Source: Planctomycetota bacterium
Lineage (GTDB): Bacteria; Planctomycetota; Planctomycetia; Pirellulales; UBA1268
Assembly (NCBI GenBank): GCA_003670865.1
Contig: QWQJ01000035.1
Span: forward strand, 1-43,527
Direction: 5' to 3'
DNA length: 43,527 nucleotides
Numbering within the stretch: the first letter of the stretch is position 1; each line of letters begins with the position of its first letter. Made by a program: the position numbers and the translations under genes. Below are positions 9,345 to 19,420 of the stretch, piece after piece. The notes beneath the pieces were generated by a model. It did no database searches, was not told the DNA's origin, and saw only the letters and a program-made list of their open reading frames with translations.

Positions 9345-10054
9345 GTTTGAATACCACGAGTGGCAGCCAAGCGGATCAATTTCGGATTGGATTCCCCTAC
9401 AAGAAGCATGTAGATCGCCCGTGCATCCTCCATTTTACCTTGAGCCAGGAACGCCTCGGCACAGGCCAAACGTGAATCAATAACTATAGACATAGCAGCA
9501 GCAATAGGCTTGGCAGCGGCTAGGGCCTTGGCAGCTTCTGGTGTACGGATTGAGCCGAGCGCTGCGGCAGCAGCAGCGGCAACTTTGGAATCGGCATCCC
9601 CTAGGGCTGCGGCTATCTGCGTTACGCTCGCAGCATCGCCTCGGTTTCCCAGCGAAGAGAGAACACCAACCTTTAAATCGCCGCTGACCGTGGCAAGGGC
9701 TGCTCGAAGAGCATCGGCGGCTTGGACTGACGGAATGCGCTCCAGAGCAAACCGTGCCATATGCGAAAGCTCTTCTTTCGCTAGGAGCGTGGCCAAACTC
9801 GGCACAGAGGCGGTTGAACCGATCACTGCGAGTGCCCGGCAGACATAATCTTTTGCATCACGCGAGACATCCGATTCAAGAACGGCAATCAAGCGTGCCT
9901 CGAGCGCCGCACGTGCAGCGGCATCACTGGAGGTTGAAACAATTGCGTCTTCGATCGGCTGCAAAGCATTTTTGTCCGCGCCCCAGTTGTAGGCCTTCAA
10001 TGCTTCACAGGCTGAATCTAATTTCGCTGCGTCGTCTGCCATGTTTTTACTCAC
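9323..10054 (-). CDS. HEAT-repeat protein (no signal peptide)
   Basis: 243-aa ORF with repeated Ala-rich HEAT-like units (YVCRALAVIGSTASVPSL, AAAAAALGSIRTPEAAKAL). Its 3' end overlaps the next gene's start by 22 nt in a different frame. Confidence 0.6.
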   Translation of the reverse strand: MSKNMADDAAKLDSACEALKAYNWGADKNALQPIEDAIVSTSSDAAARAALEARLIAVLESDVSRDAKDYVCRALAVIGSTASVPSLATLLAKEELSHMARFALERIPSVQAADALRAALATVSGDLKVGVLSSLGNRGDAASVTQIAAALGDADSKVAAAAAAALGSIRTPEAAKALAAAKPIAAAMSIVIDSRLACAEAFLAQGKMEDARAIYMLLVGESNPKLIRLAATRGIQTCLEQKR

Positions 10055-10138
10055 TGAAAAAGGAACTGATGAGAAACAGGATGCAAAAAGAACGATTGCT
10101 AGGCATTGTCACTATGCCCAGCACGGTACAAGGGTTAT

Positions 10139-11413
10139 TTACGAAAGAAACCAGGGCTGACGACGGGCACGATCGACCATCCGTCCGGCCTCTTCATCAC
10201 CTGGAAATTGCTGGGTGGCCGCGTCCCACTTCACCGTTCGCTGGAGTCGATAGGCGATTGTCAGCAAATGAAGCGCAACCATTGTATTGACGCCGAGTTC
10301 GATGTCTCGGAAGGGTTTTTCGCGGGTCTTCACGCAGTGAATAAAGTCACCGTGAATGCCTCCTCCTCCCTTGTAGCCCGGAGCAGGCTTGGGGTCGCGT
10401 TTGACGCCGTCGCCGTGGATCTGGATCTTGCCTCCATCAATCTGTGGGCCCTCCGGCTTGAGTTGATCGGGGCGGCGGTGGTGAATCTCAAGACCATTGG
10501 GATAGGTCAGTGTTACATACGCCCCGAGTTGGCCATCAGCCTTATGAAATACGGCTGCAGTGGGCTGCAATTCACAGACGTCGCTGGCAAATGTAGCACC
10601 CCCGAAGAGGTGAGCGCCCCAATCAGTGAGACTGCCTCCAGAGTAATCGACATACGACCGCCAACTGTTGCCGCCAGTGCCAAAATTACCATCGCAGCGG
10701 CCTGAGTTATAGGGCTGCCATGGGGCTGGACCGAGCCACATTTCCCAGTCAATATCAGCGGGAGTTTCCTGCGCGGGCAGGTTGCACAGCTGCGAAAGAG
10801 GACCGAAATCTCGAACGTTGACCGACTTGATTGCCCCGAGTTCTCCGTTCCAGCATGGGCCAACAAGGTTGTTAAAATCTTCGCGGACGCGTTGGCTGCC
10901 ACCGGAAACAATCCGGCTGTAGCGACGAGCGGCGGCGATCATTAAGGGACCCTCCCGCAGCGTAAGCGTTTCTGGCTTTTGACAGTAGGCATCCTTGCCC
11001 GCACGACATGCCTCGATGACCATGATCGCATGCCAGTGGTCGGGTGTACCGATGTGAACTGCATCGATGTCGTCGCGAGCGAGTAATTCGCGAAAGTCGT
11101 TGTAGGCTGCGCAGTCACTGTTTTTGTTGCGTCCGTTAACACGGTCCTTTGCGCCGTCACGCCATTTTTTCCGGACGTCGCAAACAGCGACATACTGAAC
11201 ATCACCACGGCCTAAAAAGGCACCCTGATCTCCACCGCCTTGATTGCCAATTCCAATGCCGCCCATCACAATTCTGTCGCTGGCTGGAGGGGTTGTATCG
11301 TCTCCAAGAGCCTTTGAAGTGATGATGTATGGGGCTGCAAAGACCCCCGTTACTGCAGCACCGGTGGCTGTTTTAAGAAATTCGCGACGCGTGCTCGATG
11401 TACCGTGGTTCAT
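10139..11413 (-). CDS. Tat-exported Gfo/Idh/MocA-family oxidoreductase
   Basis: Twin-arginine signal STRREFLKTATGAAVTGVFAAP. Rossmann GGIGIGNQGG. DAVHIGTPDHWHAIMVIEACRAGKDAYCQKP matches the family E/Q-K-P motif. The ATG at 11413 is preceded by GGAG about 10 nt upstream; the ORF-track start at 11479 is probably an over-extension. Confidence 0.8.
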   Translation of the reverse strand: MNHGTSSTRREFLKTATGAAVTGVFAAPYIITSKALGDDTTPPASDRIVMGGIGIGNQGGGDQGAFLGRGDVQYVAVCDVRKKWRDGAKDRVNGRNKNSDCAAYNDFRELLARDDIDAVHIGTPDHWHAIMVIEACRAGKDAYCQKPETLTLREGPLMIAAARRYSRIVSGGSQRVREDFNNLVGPCWNGELGAIKSVNVRDFGPLSQLCNLPAQETPADIDWEMWLGPAPWQPYNSGRCDGNFGTGGNSWRSYVDYSGGSLTDWGAHLFGGATFASDVCELQPTAAVFHKADGQLGAYVTLTYPNGLEIHHRRPDQLKPEGPQIDGGKIQIHGDGVKRDPKPAPGYKGGGGIHGDFIHCVKTREKPFRDIELGVNTMVALHLLTIAYRLQRTVKWDAATQQFPGDEEAGRMVDRARRQPWFLS

Positions 11414-11582
11414 ATTGTCTTTTCTCCGTTTGCTCGGTCGATTCTGACTGCCAACGCCATTCTGTTTTGTCGTTCCCAACCGCTGTCATAGGTCTCTGGG
11501 AGTTCCAGCGATTGAATCGCGTGAAGATTAGCCGTTCGGTGTGTAAAACGCAAGCAACAAGGGCCTTTCTCGGCGTCGCGGA

Positions 11583-11605
11583 GCGCGTTCATTTCGTGAA
11601 CGCGC
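11583..11605. promoter_or_regulatory. Perfect 9-bp inverted repeat in a divergent intergenic region
   Basis: GCGCGTTCA-tttcg-TGAACGCGC, between the Gfo/Idh/MocA gene (-) and glnB (+). Confidence 0.25.
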
Positions 11606-11727
11606 CTCAATGCCGAGACAGACTAAAAATCGACGAGGAGCCTAAAAAGTGGCTCCAGGCGTTTCACATGTGTCACACTCTCAATTGTCGACGACGATTT
11701 TACCGCCATTTTATATCAAATCGTATC

Positions 11728-11743
11728 TGGCACGCCATTCGCA
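11728..11743 (+). promoter_or_regulatory. Candidate sigma-54 (-24/-12) promoter upstream of glnB
   Basis: TGGCACGCCATTCGCA compared with the consensus TGGCACG-N4-TTGCW. GG and GC have correct spacing, with one mismatch in the -12 box (TCGC). It lies 154 nt upstream of the glnB ATG. Confidence 0.3.
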
Positions 11744-11778
11744 CTGCCTTAGCCATGTGAGTCGTTTGCATAAACGCC

Positions 11779-11813
11779 CTGCGGCAAGTTGATCAAAGTG
11801 ATCAACTCCGCAG
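11779..11813 (+). promoter_or_regulatory. Long imperfect palindrome / hairpin in the glnB leader region
   Basis: CTGCGG-ca-AGTTGATCA-aag-TGATCAACT-CCGCAG: 15 paired positions with a 2-nt bulge and a 3-nt centre. Core palindrome TTGATCA-N3-TGATCAA. Confidence 0.3.
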
Positions 11814-11893
11814 TGAAATCGGTCTAGGACGTCGGCGGACCGGCCTTGGCACGAGCGTTACGTCATATCTTTTCAACAGAGAAAGAGAATTGA

Positions 11894-12253
<360 letters not shown>

Positions 12254-12292
12254 CCAGCGGCACGAACGCCTGAGTGCAGCGATCTGATTTTC

Positions 12293-13708
12293 CTAGGGCA
12301 TTAGCGGCCGAGTCATCTCAGCCGGAATCACCCATTGATCGTACTGCTCGGGCGTGACATAACCCAGCGCCACGGCGGCATCCTTAAGGCTTGTGCCGTC
12401 GTGGTGCGCTTGCTTGGCAATGGTTGCCGACTTTTCGTAGCCGATGTGGGGGTTGAGTGCCGTCGCAAGCATGAGTGATTCGTTGAGGTTGTGCTGAATC
12501 CTTACCATGTTTGGCTGAATGCCGATGGCACAGTGAATCCGCATCGAATCGCAGGCATCGGCCATCAGTTCAGCCGACTCCAAGACATTGTGGATCATCA
12601 CGGGCTTGTAGACATTCAACTGAAAATTACCCTGTGAACCGGCGAACGCCACGGTTGCATCGTTGCCAAACACCTGTGCACAAACCATCGTCATTGCCTC
12701 ACACTGAGTTGGATTGACTTTGCCCGGCATGATCGAACTGCCAGGTTCATTTTCGGGAATCGATATTTCACCGATGCCGCAGCGTGGCCCCGAAGCCAGC
12801 CAGCGAATGTCGTTGGCGATTTTGAACAGTGTCATCGCCAATCCTCGCTCAGTAGCACTGATCTCCACAAGCGCATCATGGGCCGAAAGGGCAGCAAACT
12901 TATTGGCCGCCGACACAAATGGATGGCCGGTTTCTTGGGCGATACAGTGCGCGGCCACCTCGCCAAACCGGGGGTGAGCATTGAGGCCTGTGCCAACAGC
13001 GGTGCCGCCAATTGCCAGATCATAAAGGCCGGGGAGAGAGCGTTCAAAGGACTGAATACGGTCATCGAGTTGGGACCTCCAAGCCGATATTTCCTGGCCA
13101 AGCGTGATCGGCGTGGCATCCTGCAGATGCGTGCGGCCAATCTTTACGACCGAGGCATAGCGACTCTCCAGATCAGCAAACAGATCTCGTAGGGATCGCA
13201 CCGCCGGCAGCAGTCGATCGTGGATCAATTCCACGGCAGCGATGTGCATGGCGGTTGGGAAGGTGTCGTTTGACGATTGCCCTCGATTGACATCGTCGTT
13301 GGGATGCACGGGCGACTTTGAGCCCATTTGGCCGCCCGCCATTTCAATGGCGCGATTGGATATTACTTCGTTGGCGTTCATGTTGGACTGCGTGCCACTG
13401 CCTGTTTGAAAGACTACCAACGGAAAGTGGTCGTCGAGCGTGCCGGCGATCACCTCGTCGGCCGCCCGTACGATGAGCTTCACGGTTGCCGGTGGCAGTT
13501 GTTTGAGTTCGCCGTTGGCCAAGGCCGCAGATTTTTTCAAAATGCCAAGTGCCTTTTTGATGGTGCGGCCCCACTGAAAGCGTTGAACACCGATTTTAAA
13601 ATTGTCGCGAGATCGTTCTGTCTGGGCCCCCCAATAACGATCGGCGGGAACATTGACATTCCCCATACTGTCACTTTCGACGCGAAACGCTGGTGGTTGG
13701 ATCAACAT
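12293..13708 (-). CDS. fumC: Class II fumarate hydratase
   Basis: 471 aa. N-terminus [25 protein letters not shown]. Lyase signature [17 protein letters not shown]. Confidence 0.95.
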   Translation of the reverse strand: MLIQPPAFRVESDSMGNVNVPADRYWGAQTERSRDNFKIGVQRFQWGRTIKKALGILKKSAALANGELKQLPPATVKLIVRAADEVIAGTLDDHFPLVVFQTGSGTQSNMNANEVISNRAIEMAGGQMGSKSPVHPNDDVNRGQSSNDTFPTAMHIAAVELIHDRLLPAVRSLRDLFADLESRYASVVKIGRTHLQDATPITLGQEISAWRSQLDDRIQSFERSLPGLYDLAIGGTAVGTGLNAHPRFGEVAAHCIAQETGHPFVSAANKFAALSAHDALVEISATERGLAMTLFKIANDIRWLASGPRCGIGEISIPENEPGSSIMPGKVNPTQCEAMTMVCAQVFGNDATVAFAGSQGNFQLNVYKPVMIHNVLESAELMADACDSMRIHCAIGIQPNMVRIQHNLNESLMLATALNPHIGYEKSATIAKQAHHDGTSLKDAAVALGYVTPEQYDQWVIPAEMTRPLMP

Positions 13709-13765
13709 GGCGTGGCAGGCCTTTTTAAGGAAAAGAAAGAGGGCGGGCTTGAGACCTCTTTTATT

Positions 13766-16537
13766 CTAACGAACGCGGGTCTTTCGCTCGGGTGTGGCTG
13801 GCTCTGCAGCCGTGGCAGTTGGCGAGGGCTCACGCTTACCGATTGCGATCGCCAGCCAGCCATCAGTGCAGACAGCCTGCAGGGCGCGCATCTCAGCGAT
13901 GCGAGGATGCGCGACGATCTTTTCTGGAAGCAGTGGAATGGCGCGATCCTTGGGAAAAAGTTTTCCGAAGATTGTCCGTAGGGCAATCTCCATGCGTCCT
14001 TGATGACCGGGGCCGCTGATCTGCACCGGCCCCTCACGCTCCAAAAACACTTGCGGACCAGAAGACGTGGGTTTGTAGGCGACGTGAGCCACGATGTCGT
14101 ACCAGTTGCGGCGACCACTCTCCAAGCTCTCGATTGAGACATGCACATGCATCAGACCATCGCGACATTCGATCCGCAGTGGCCGCGACTTGGTAAAAGT
14201 TACGGCGACTCCCTCAGGCAGGTCTGGCGGGATCGGCTGTTCGATCCCGAGTCGCTTAAAGACCACTCGTACAAGTTCCTCCAGCGACAATCGCCGGCCG
14301 GCCAAGTCAAGTCGCTCAAAGGCATTGTTGAGTGACGACTCATGCATCTGGACGCTACATTGAGAGTCGGAGGGGGCCCGTGGGCGAGGCGTGTGAGCAG
14401 CCAACTGATTATCGGCGGCCAGTCGCAAGCGAACGGTTGCCACTGTAGCAGTGGTTTCCATTGCCACGGCAGTCGGCTCAAGCCCGAGTTGCGTAAGCGG
14501 TTGCCAGAGTTTTGTTCGCACACGCTCGCTGAATTCGATAAACTTTGGTTCCGCCTGTTCGTCCACTTCCCGGCAGGCGCGGGAAATGATTTTGTCGGTC
14601 ACCTCACGATTGAGTTCTGGAAGGCTTCCCTCGTGCTGGCTCTTGACGATTGAGCGCACCACCGATCGCATGACAGGCACGGAGTCAAAACTCGTTTGGA
14701 TCGTGTCGAGGTGAGAGCGATTGGAAGCAACGCCCACAGCATCGCCGAAGAGCAGGCCTTGCGAGGACAGTTTAAATGGCTTGAGCACCGTAAATGCCGA
14801 GGCGCCGCTGGCCGTAACCGCCACCGGTCCAGATTCTGTGATCGTGCGGGAGGCAATGTCGCCGTGCACTTCCAGCTCAAAGCAGATTTCATCGGAGTCG
14901 GGAGTAAGTCGTACGGCTGTCGTCTGTTCGACGGTGCGAGTTCCCCGCACTTTTCGACCCAACACCACTTCCGACATCGGTCCGGTTTGAATGGTGGCCT
15001 CGGGTAGAAGTTGCTTGCAGAAGTTTTCGTGGACGGCAATGCGCACATTGGGGGCGAGATAATGGTCGCCGACCGATTTGGCAATGGCCTTGGCTCCGGT
15101 GAGCGGAGAGGCAGACACGGCGGCAAGTGATGCTTTGACGGACACCGCCTCGGCTGGGGCCAAGGTCTGCTCAAAGCGTTCGAGCGCATCGAGCAGCATG
15201 GCCACTTCGGATTCAATGACACCACCGGCGAGAGAGGCGGGTAAGTGACTGGCAGCGGCTGAGTCGGGTGGACTGGCAAAGAGTGCGCTGGCAGTTCGCC
15301 AGACAGCGACTCGTCGCGACAGCGCCAAGGCCGTTCGTCTGGTGCTCGATGCGATACTGACATCGCTTGTACTATCGGCTAAGGTCATGCCGGAGTGAAC
15401 CGACTCGTCGAGCGATACCAAAGCCATATCGGATGCTGCGTCGGGTGGGCCTTGTGTTGCTAAGACACGATCGAGCTTGTCGCGAGTCTGCTTGGCCCAC
15501 TCGTCGGCGGCGGCATACAACGGGTTAGAGCGAGTTGTGCTGGAGAGTTTTTCAAGCTGCCCAATCAGCGTGGTGGGCTGAGGCCACACTCGAATACTTG
15601 GGATCGTCGCGGGGGCTGGAGCAGACGGTTGGGCGCGGGCAAGCAGGCGGTCTTTTGTGCGGAGGCGCTCAAGGATTCTGCCGCCGAGGGGGCCTGTGGC
15701 ATGATCGCCCGGAATGCTCTTGGGCATGCCCTCGTCCTGTCCATCCCCCGACCGAATCTCGCCTAGACGCCCCGAAAAAAGTTTGAGTCGGGAGATCGCT
15801 TCCGACTTTGGTAAAGCGATGGTCGGGGCATCCGACCAATTCAGACTATCGAGATCTTCACCCGATTCGTGTGGCACCGGCGCTGCCCCGAGGGATTGCA
15901 TAGCACTGGACGCCGCCGGGACAGGCAGAGATGCGGGGGTCGATTCATCGGCGGCAGGCGCGTTTAAAACCAATGGAGATGGCACGATCGCCTGCCTGCG
16001 CACGACGAGATCACGGAGCGAATTAGGAGCCTGAGTCGAGGGGACTGGCTGTGGGACTGACGCAGGGTGCTCAACAGCAGGGGTCGGAGCATTGGTTGGC
16101 TGTGGAATGGGTAGCGTCTGTGAGGCAATTCTCACGCTTTGAAATCCATCTGTCTGCTGTAAGGCCAAACGCTCAGGTGGCTGTGCCGCCAGCACTGCAG
16201 CCATATGCGACAGGTCTCCGACACCCCGATTGCGTGGCGTCTGGTCTTTGGGCGGCATTTCTTGATAGAGCGAAGAAGGCGTGGCTGCCGCAGAGCGTGG
16301 GCCTTCGTTGAGGGTAAGCAGCGGGTTTGCATTCACGGCGATACCTGGAAAAACCTCAATCGCATCGACAAACGCTTCAGTCTTCGCGGCGGGAATGAGG
16401 ACTGGTCCATCGAGACCAAAAAATGGCTCTGGCAATGGGTCCCAAGCCGTCGGCACGCAGATAAACGCCGCCAACAATGTGCCGGCAATAAAGGAGACCG
16501 ATAAGACAGCGACCCCGCCAATCCGTTTTTGAGACAT
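13766..16537 (-). CDS. Large membrane-anchored hypothetical protein (Pro-rich linker plus ~450-aa C-terminal domain with no recognisable motif)
   Basis: Long uninterrupted ORF. ATG at 16537 (MSQKRIGGVAVLSVSFIAGTLLAAFI = signal anchor); the track start at 16552 is a TTG. I recognise no family motif. Confidence 0.6.
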   Translation of the reverse strand: MSQKRIGGVAVLSVSFIAGTLLAAFICVPTAWDPLPEPFFGLDGPVLIPAAKTEAFVDAIEVFPGIAVNANPLLTLNEGPRSAAATPSSLYQEMPPKDQTPRNRGVGDLSHMAAVLAAQPPERLALQQTDGFQSVRIASQTLPIPQPTNAPTPAVEHPASVPQPVPSTQAPNSLRDLVVRRQAIVPSPLVLNAPAADESTPASLPVPAASSAMQSLGAAPVPHESGEDLDSLNWSDAPTIALPKSEAISRLKLFSGRLGEIRSGDGQDEGMPKSIPGDHATGPLGGRILERLRTKDRLLARAQPSAPAPATIPSIRVWPQPTTLIGQLEKLSSTTRSNPLYAAADEWAKQTRDKLDRVLATQGPPDAASDMALVSLDESVHSGMTLADSTSDVSIASSTRRTALALSRRVAVWRTASALFASPPDSAAASHLPASLAGGVIESEVAMLLDALERFEQTLAPAEAVSVKASLAAVSASPLTGAKAIAKSVGDHYLAPNVRIAVHENFCKQLLPEATIQTGPMSEVVLGRKVRGTRTVEQTTAVRLTPDSDEICFELEVHGDIASRTITESGPVAVTASGASAFTVLKPFKLSSQGLLFGDAVGVASNRSHLDTIQTSFDSVPVMRSVVRSIVKSQHEGSLPELNREVTDKIISRACREVDEQAEPKFIEFSERVRTKLWQPLTQLGLEPTAVAMETTATVATVRLRLAADNQLAAHTPRPRAPSDSQCSVQMHESSLNNAFERLDLAGRRLSLEELVRVVFKRLGIEQPIPPDLPEGVAVTFTKSRPLRIECRDGLMHVHVSIESLESGRRNWYDIVAHVAYKPTSSGPQVFLEREGPVQISGPGHQGRMEIALRTIFGKLFPKDRAIPLLPEKIVAHPRIAEMRALQAVCTDGWLAIAIGKREPSPTATAAEPATPERKTRVR

Positions 16538-16900
16538 GCATCGCCCCTGCAAATTTCAGCTTTTCAAGCCTCGAGTGCGGCCGATGGCCCCCGCAGGCCT
16601 ACGACCCGTATAGATGGATCGACAGGCAGGACCCGAAAACTCAAACACTGGCCTATCCATCCGTCAGGGCTTGACAAAGCGTACGAATAGGGGAGGAAAA
16701 TGGCGTCGGGCAGCCCTCGTTTCAAGTCCGAATAACGCCCCATCGCTTCAAGACGGCGGCAGCCAATCGGGGGCACTAAGCCTCGGAAGGTCGCCGAATG
16801 GCCACCTTGGGAATGGCGAGTATCGAAGAGCCAAAGCCGTTTGGTATTGTACGAGACCCAGATTTCTCTCGCAGCGTTGTGCCTCAAAGGCCTCTCTTCC

Positions 16901-17296
16901 ATGCTCGAAATTATCAACCAACGCACTGCAGTGCCTTTCACGACGGCTGACGGCTCGACCATCCGGGAACTTCTGGCCCACCGCAATTCTTCGATTCGTC
17001 AGCAGAGTCTGGCTGAAGCGCGGCTTGCCCCAGGCCAGTCGACGACTCCTCACCACCACAAAGTCACCGAGGAGATTTACTACATTCTCAACGGCACGGC
17101 AGAAATGACTCTCAACAGCGACACGCAAGTCGTTGGCCCAGGGGATGCGATTGCCATTCCACCGAACGCTCGCCACACCATAAAAAATACTGGACGTGAA
17201 GAACTCGTCTTTCTTTGCACCTGCGCTCCTGGTTACGAACCTTCCGACACATTCCTCGAAAATCATTCCTCGCACATCACCCCAGATCTCTCCTAG
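16901..17296 (+). CDS. Cupin-domain protein
   Basis: Cupin motifs HHHKVTEEIYYILNGTAEM and GDAIAIPPNARHTIKNTG. ATG at 16901 (the track start at 16841 is a TTG). The stop lies 22 nt before the next gene. Confidence 0.7.
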   Translation: MLEIINQRTAVPFTTADGSTIRELLAHRNSSIRQQSLAEARLAPGQSTTPHHHKVTEEIYYILNGTAEMTLNSDTQVVGPGDAIAIPPNARHTIKNTGREELVFLCTCAPGYEPSDTFLENHSSHITPDLS

Positions 17297-17318
17297 CAAG
17301 AACGACGCGACTCCTTCA

Positions 17319-19028
17319 ATGCCTCCACCCGATGCTTTTTCCAGTGTCCTTCTCACCGAAGGCATTGTCAGCGCCGCTCAACTTGCCGAGGCCCTGCGCG
17401 TCTCTGCCGGCTCCGGTAAGAAAGTGCACGACGAAGTTGTAAGGCTCGGTTATGCGACTGGCGAAAAAGTGATGAAGGCTCTTGCCAAAGCTCATCGACT
17501 CAAGTTTATTGATCTCGCCGAAATCACTGTGCCTCAGCAGGTCATCGATCTTTTGCCCGAAAGCGTGGCTCGGGAAAACACGATTTTTGCAGTGGCAGAG
17601 AAGGGAACCGCGCTGCAGATTGCGACGTGTGATCCCACTGACATCGACACACAGGACAAACTGCGGTTCATTCTCAATCGTGATGTCGAGTCAGTTTTAG
17701 CTTTGCGGGAGCAGATCGTCGAAGCCATCAACCGTCATTACGGCACGGGTGACGGCGAGAGCGCCGACTCGATGCTGCAAGAATTTACCGACACGGCCAT
17801 CGATTTTACTGAAACGGCCGTCGAGCAGGCTGCAGCAGCCACTACCGAAGACACATCCGACGCCCCGGTCGTGAAGCTCGTCAATCTCATCATCACAGAG
17901 GCTGTTCAACTCCGTGCCAGCGACATTCATATCGAGCCATTTGAAGATCGGGTGAGAATTCGTTACCGGATTGACGGTCGGTTGGTCGAACGTGATAACC
18001 CCCCGCGTCGGTTGCTCGGGGCGATCCTCTCCCGCATTAAGATTCTTTCCAAGCTGGATATCGCGGAACGCCGCCGACCGCAGGACGGGCGCATCAAACT
18101 GACAGCTGACGGCAAAGATTACGACTTGCGTGTCAGCGTGCTCCCCACCAACCACGGTCAGTCGGTGGTGATGAGAATTCTAGACAAAGACAATATTAAA
18201 GTCGGCATTCGCCAACTCGGCCTGTCAGAGAATGACTTTCGTTCATTTAAGAACCTGATCCGTCGCCCCAACGGAATCATCCTCGTGACTGGCCCGACCG
18301 GCTCTGGAAAAACCACAACTCTCTACGCTTCGCTCAACGAGCTCAACCGCCCCGATACAAAGATCATCACGGCAGAAGACCCCGTGGAGTACTACTTGGC
18401 GGGCATTAACCAAGTAGAGGTGCGGCATCAGATCGGCCTCGACTTTGCGAGAGTCATTCGCTCCATGCTCCGGCAGGCGCCCAATGTGATCTTGGTGGGC
18501 GAAATGCGCGACACGGAAACTGCGCAGATGGGAATCCAAGCCTCGCTGACGGGGCATTTAGTCTTCAGTACGCTCCACACCAACGACGCCCCGGGGGCGA
18601 TCACCCGCATGATCGACATGGGAGTGCCAGCGTATCTCGTGGCTTCCAGCGTAATTGCCGTACTGGCCCAGCGGTTAGTCCGCGTCAATTGCACGAAGTG
18701 CAAACAGCCCTACCAACCGCTGGACACACAGATTGAAGCGGCTGGCATCACTCCTGAAATGCTCAAAGGCGCAACCTTTATGAAGGGCCGCGGCTGTTCG
18801 CACTGTCAAAAATCGGGCTACAAGGGCCGGTTGGGCATCTTTGAAATGATGGTTATGACGAGCAAACTGCGGGAGTTGGCCTTTCAAGGTGCTCCCACAC
18901 AGGATATTCGCCGGGCTGCAGTAAGCCAGGGCATGCGGGTAATGTTCAACGACGGGGTCCTCAAGGTGCTCCGCGGAATAACGACTTTCGACGAGGTTTT
19001 TCGCGTTTCCAAGCGGGCTGAGGAGTAG
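17319..19028 (+). CDS. GspE/PilB-family type II secretion / type IV pilus assembly ATPase (copy 1)
   Basis: Walker A GPTGSGKTTTL, Walker B/Asp box PNVILVGEMRD, His box TGHLVFSTLHTNDA, tetracysteine NCTKC...GCSHC, and a T2SSE_N-like N-terminal domain. ATG at 17319 follows the cupin stop; the ORF-track start at 17196 overlaps the cupin gene. Confidence 0.9.
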   Translation: MPPPDAFSSVLLTEGIVSAAQLAEALRVSAGSGKKVHDEVVRLGYATGEKVMKALAKAHRLKFIDLAEITVPQQVIDLLPESVARENTIFAVAEKGTALQIATCDPTDIDTQDKLRFILNRDVESVLALREQIVEAINRHYGTGDGESADSMLQEFTDTAIDFTETAVEQAAAATTEDTSDAPVVKLVNLIITEAVQLRASDIHIEPFEDRVRIRYRIDGRLVERDNPPRRLLGAILSRIKILSKLDIAERRRPQDGRIKLTADGKDYDLRVSVLPTNHGQSVVMRILDKDNIKVGIRQLGLSENDFRSFKNLIRRPNGIILVTGPTGSGKTTTLYASLNELNRPDTKIITAEDPVEYYLAGINQVEVRHQIGLDFARVIRSMLRQAPNVILVGEMRDTETAQMGIQASLTGHLVFSTLHTNDAPGAITRMIDMGVPAYLVASSVIAVLAQRLVRVNCTKCKQPYQPLDTQIEAAGITPEMLKGATFMKGRGCSHCQKSGYKGRLGIFEMMVMTSKLRELAFQGAPTQDIRRAAVSQGMRVMFNDGVLKVLRGITTFDEVFRVSKRAEE

Positions 19029-19420
19029 CCTTACAAGGGGAGCAACAGGGAGTCCGTGAGACTTTTAAAAAATAATTTTGTGCCCGTGACTTTTTTGTCG
19101 ATAAAGCGCATACTATTAGCGGTGCGATTGCCAGCCGTCAGGGGCCTGAGGCGAATCGCTCCTCGAGCCAGTGATCCGTGAGCGGCTTTTCTTTTTCCCC
19201 TGAACATTCTTTTTCGCCAGCAAATGCTCGGCGTTCGGCTGGAAGTTTACCCGCCGAAGTCCAACGGCCGAAGTTTGATTCGCCGGGAAGGTGCTGCGCG
19301 TTTGGGGATCACGCGAAGTCTCTTGTTGGTCCACCGCATCAGCATTCTCTCAGATATACTCAGATTCTAGGGAGGGCCTTGCGGTTTTCCGGTGTTTCCC
19401 ATGTCACAGGTCTTCATCCC

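Noticed and set aside
11847-11861. Second sigma-54-like element, TGGCACGAGCGTTAC, 36 nt upstream of glnB.
   Set aside because: The -24 box is perfect, but the critical -12 GC is replaced by AC. It is kept only as a weaker alternative to the 11728 element.
17196-17318. N-terminal extensions of ATPase-1 (17196-17318) and of pilT (19178-19420) in the ORF track.
   Set aside because: The first overlaps the 3' end of the cupin gene in another frame, and a clean ATG follows the cupin stop. The second is Ser/Pro/Arg-rich with no similarity to PilT, and an ATG (19421) opens the recognisable domain.
19240-19254. Sigma-54-like GG-N10-GC element (TGGAAGTTTACCCGC) upstream of pilT.
   Set aside because: Only the GG and GC dinucleotides match. 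The flanking consensus positions (TGGCAC, TTGC) do not. Matches of this quality are expected by chance.
19354-19363. The 10-mer ATATACTCAG is shared between the pilT upstream region and the fusA/CPBP intergenic region (37270-37279).
   Set aside because: A single shared 10-mer among a few kb of intergenic DNA is within chance expectation. Neither copy has a recognisable -35 partner.
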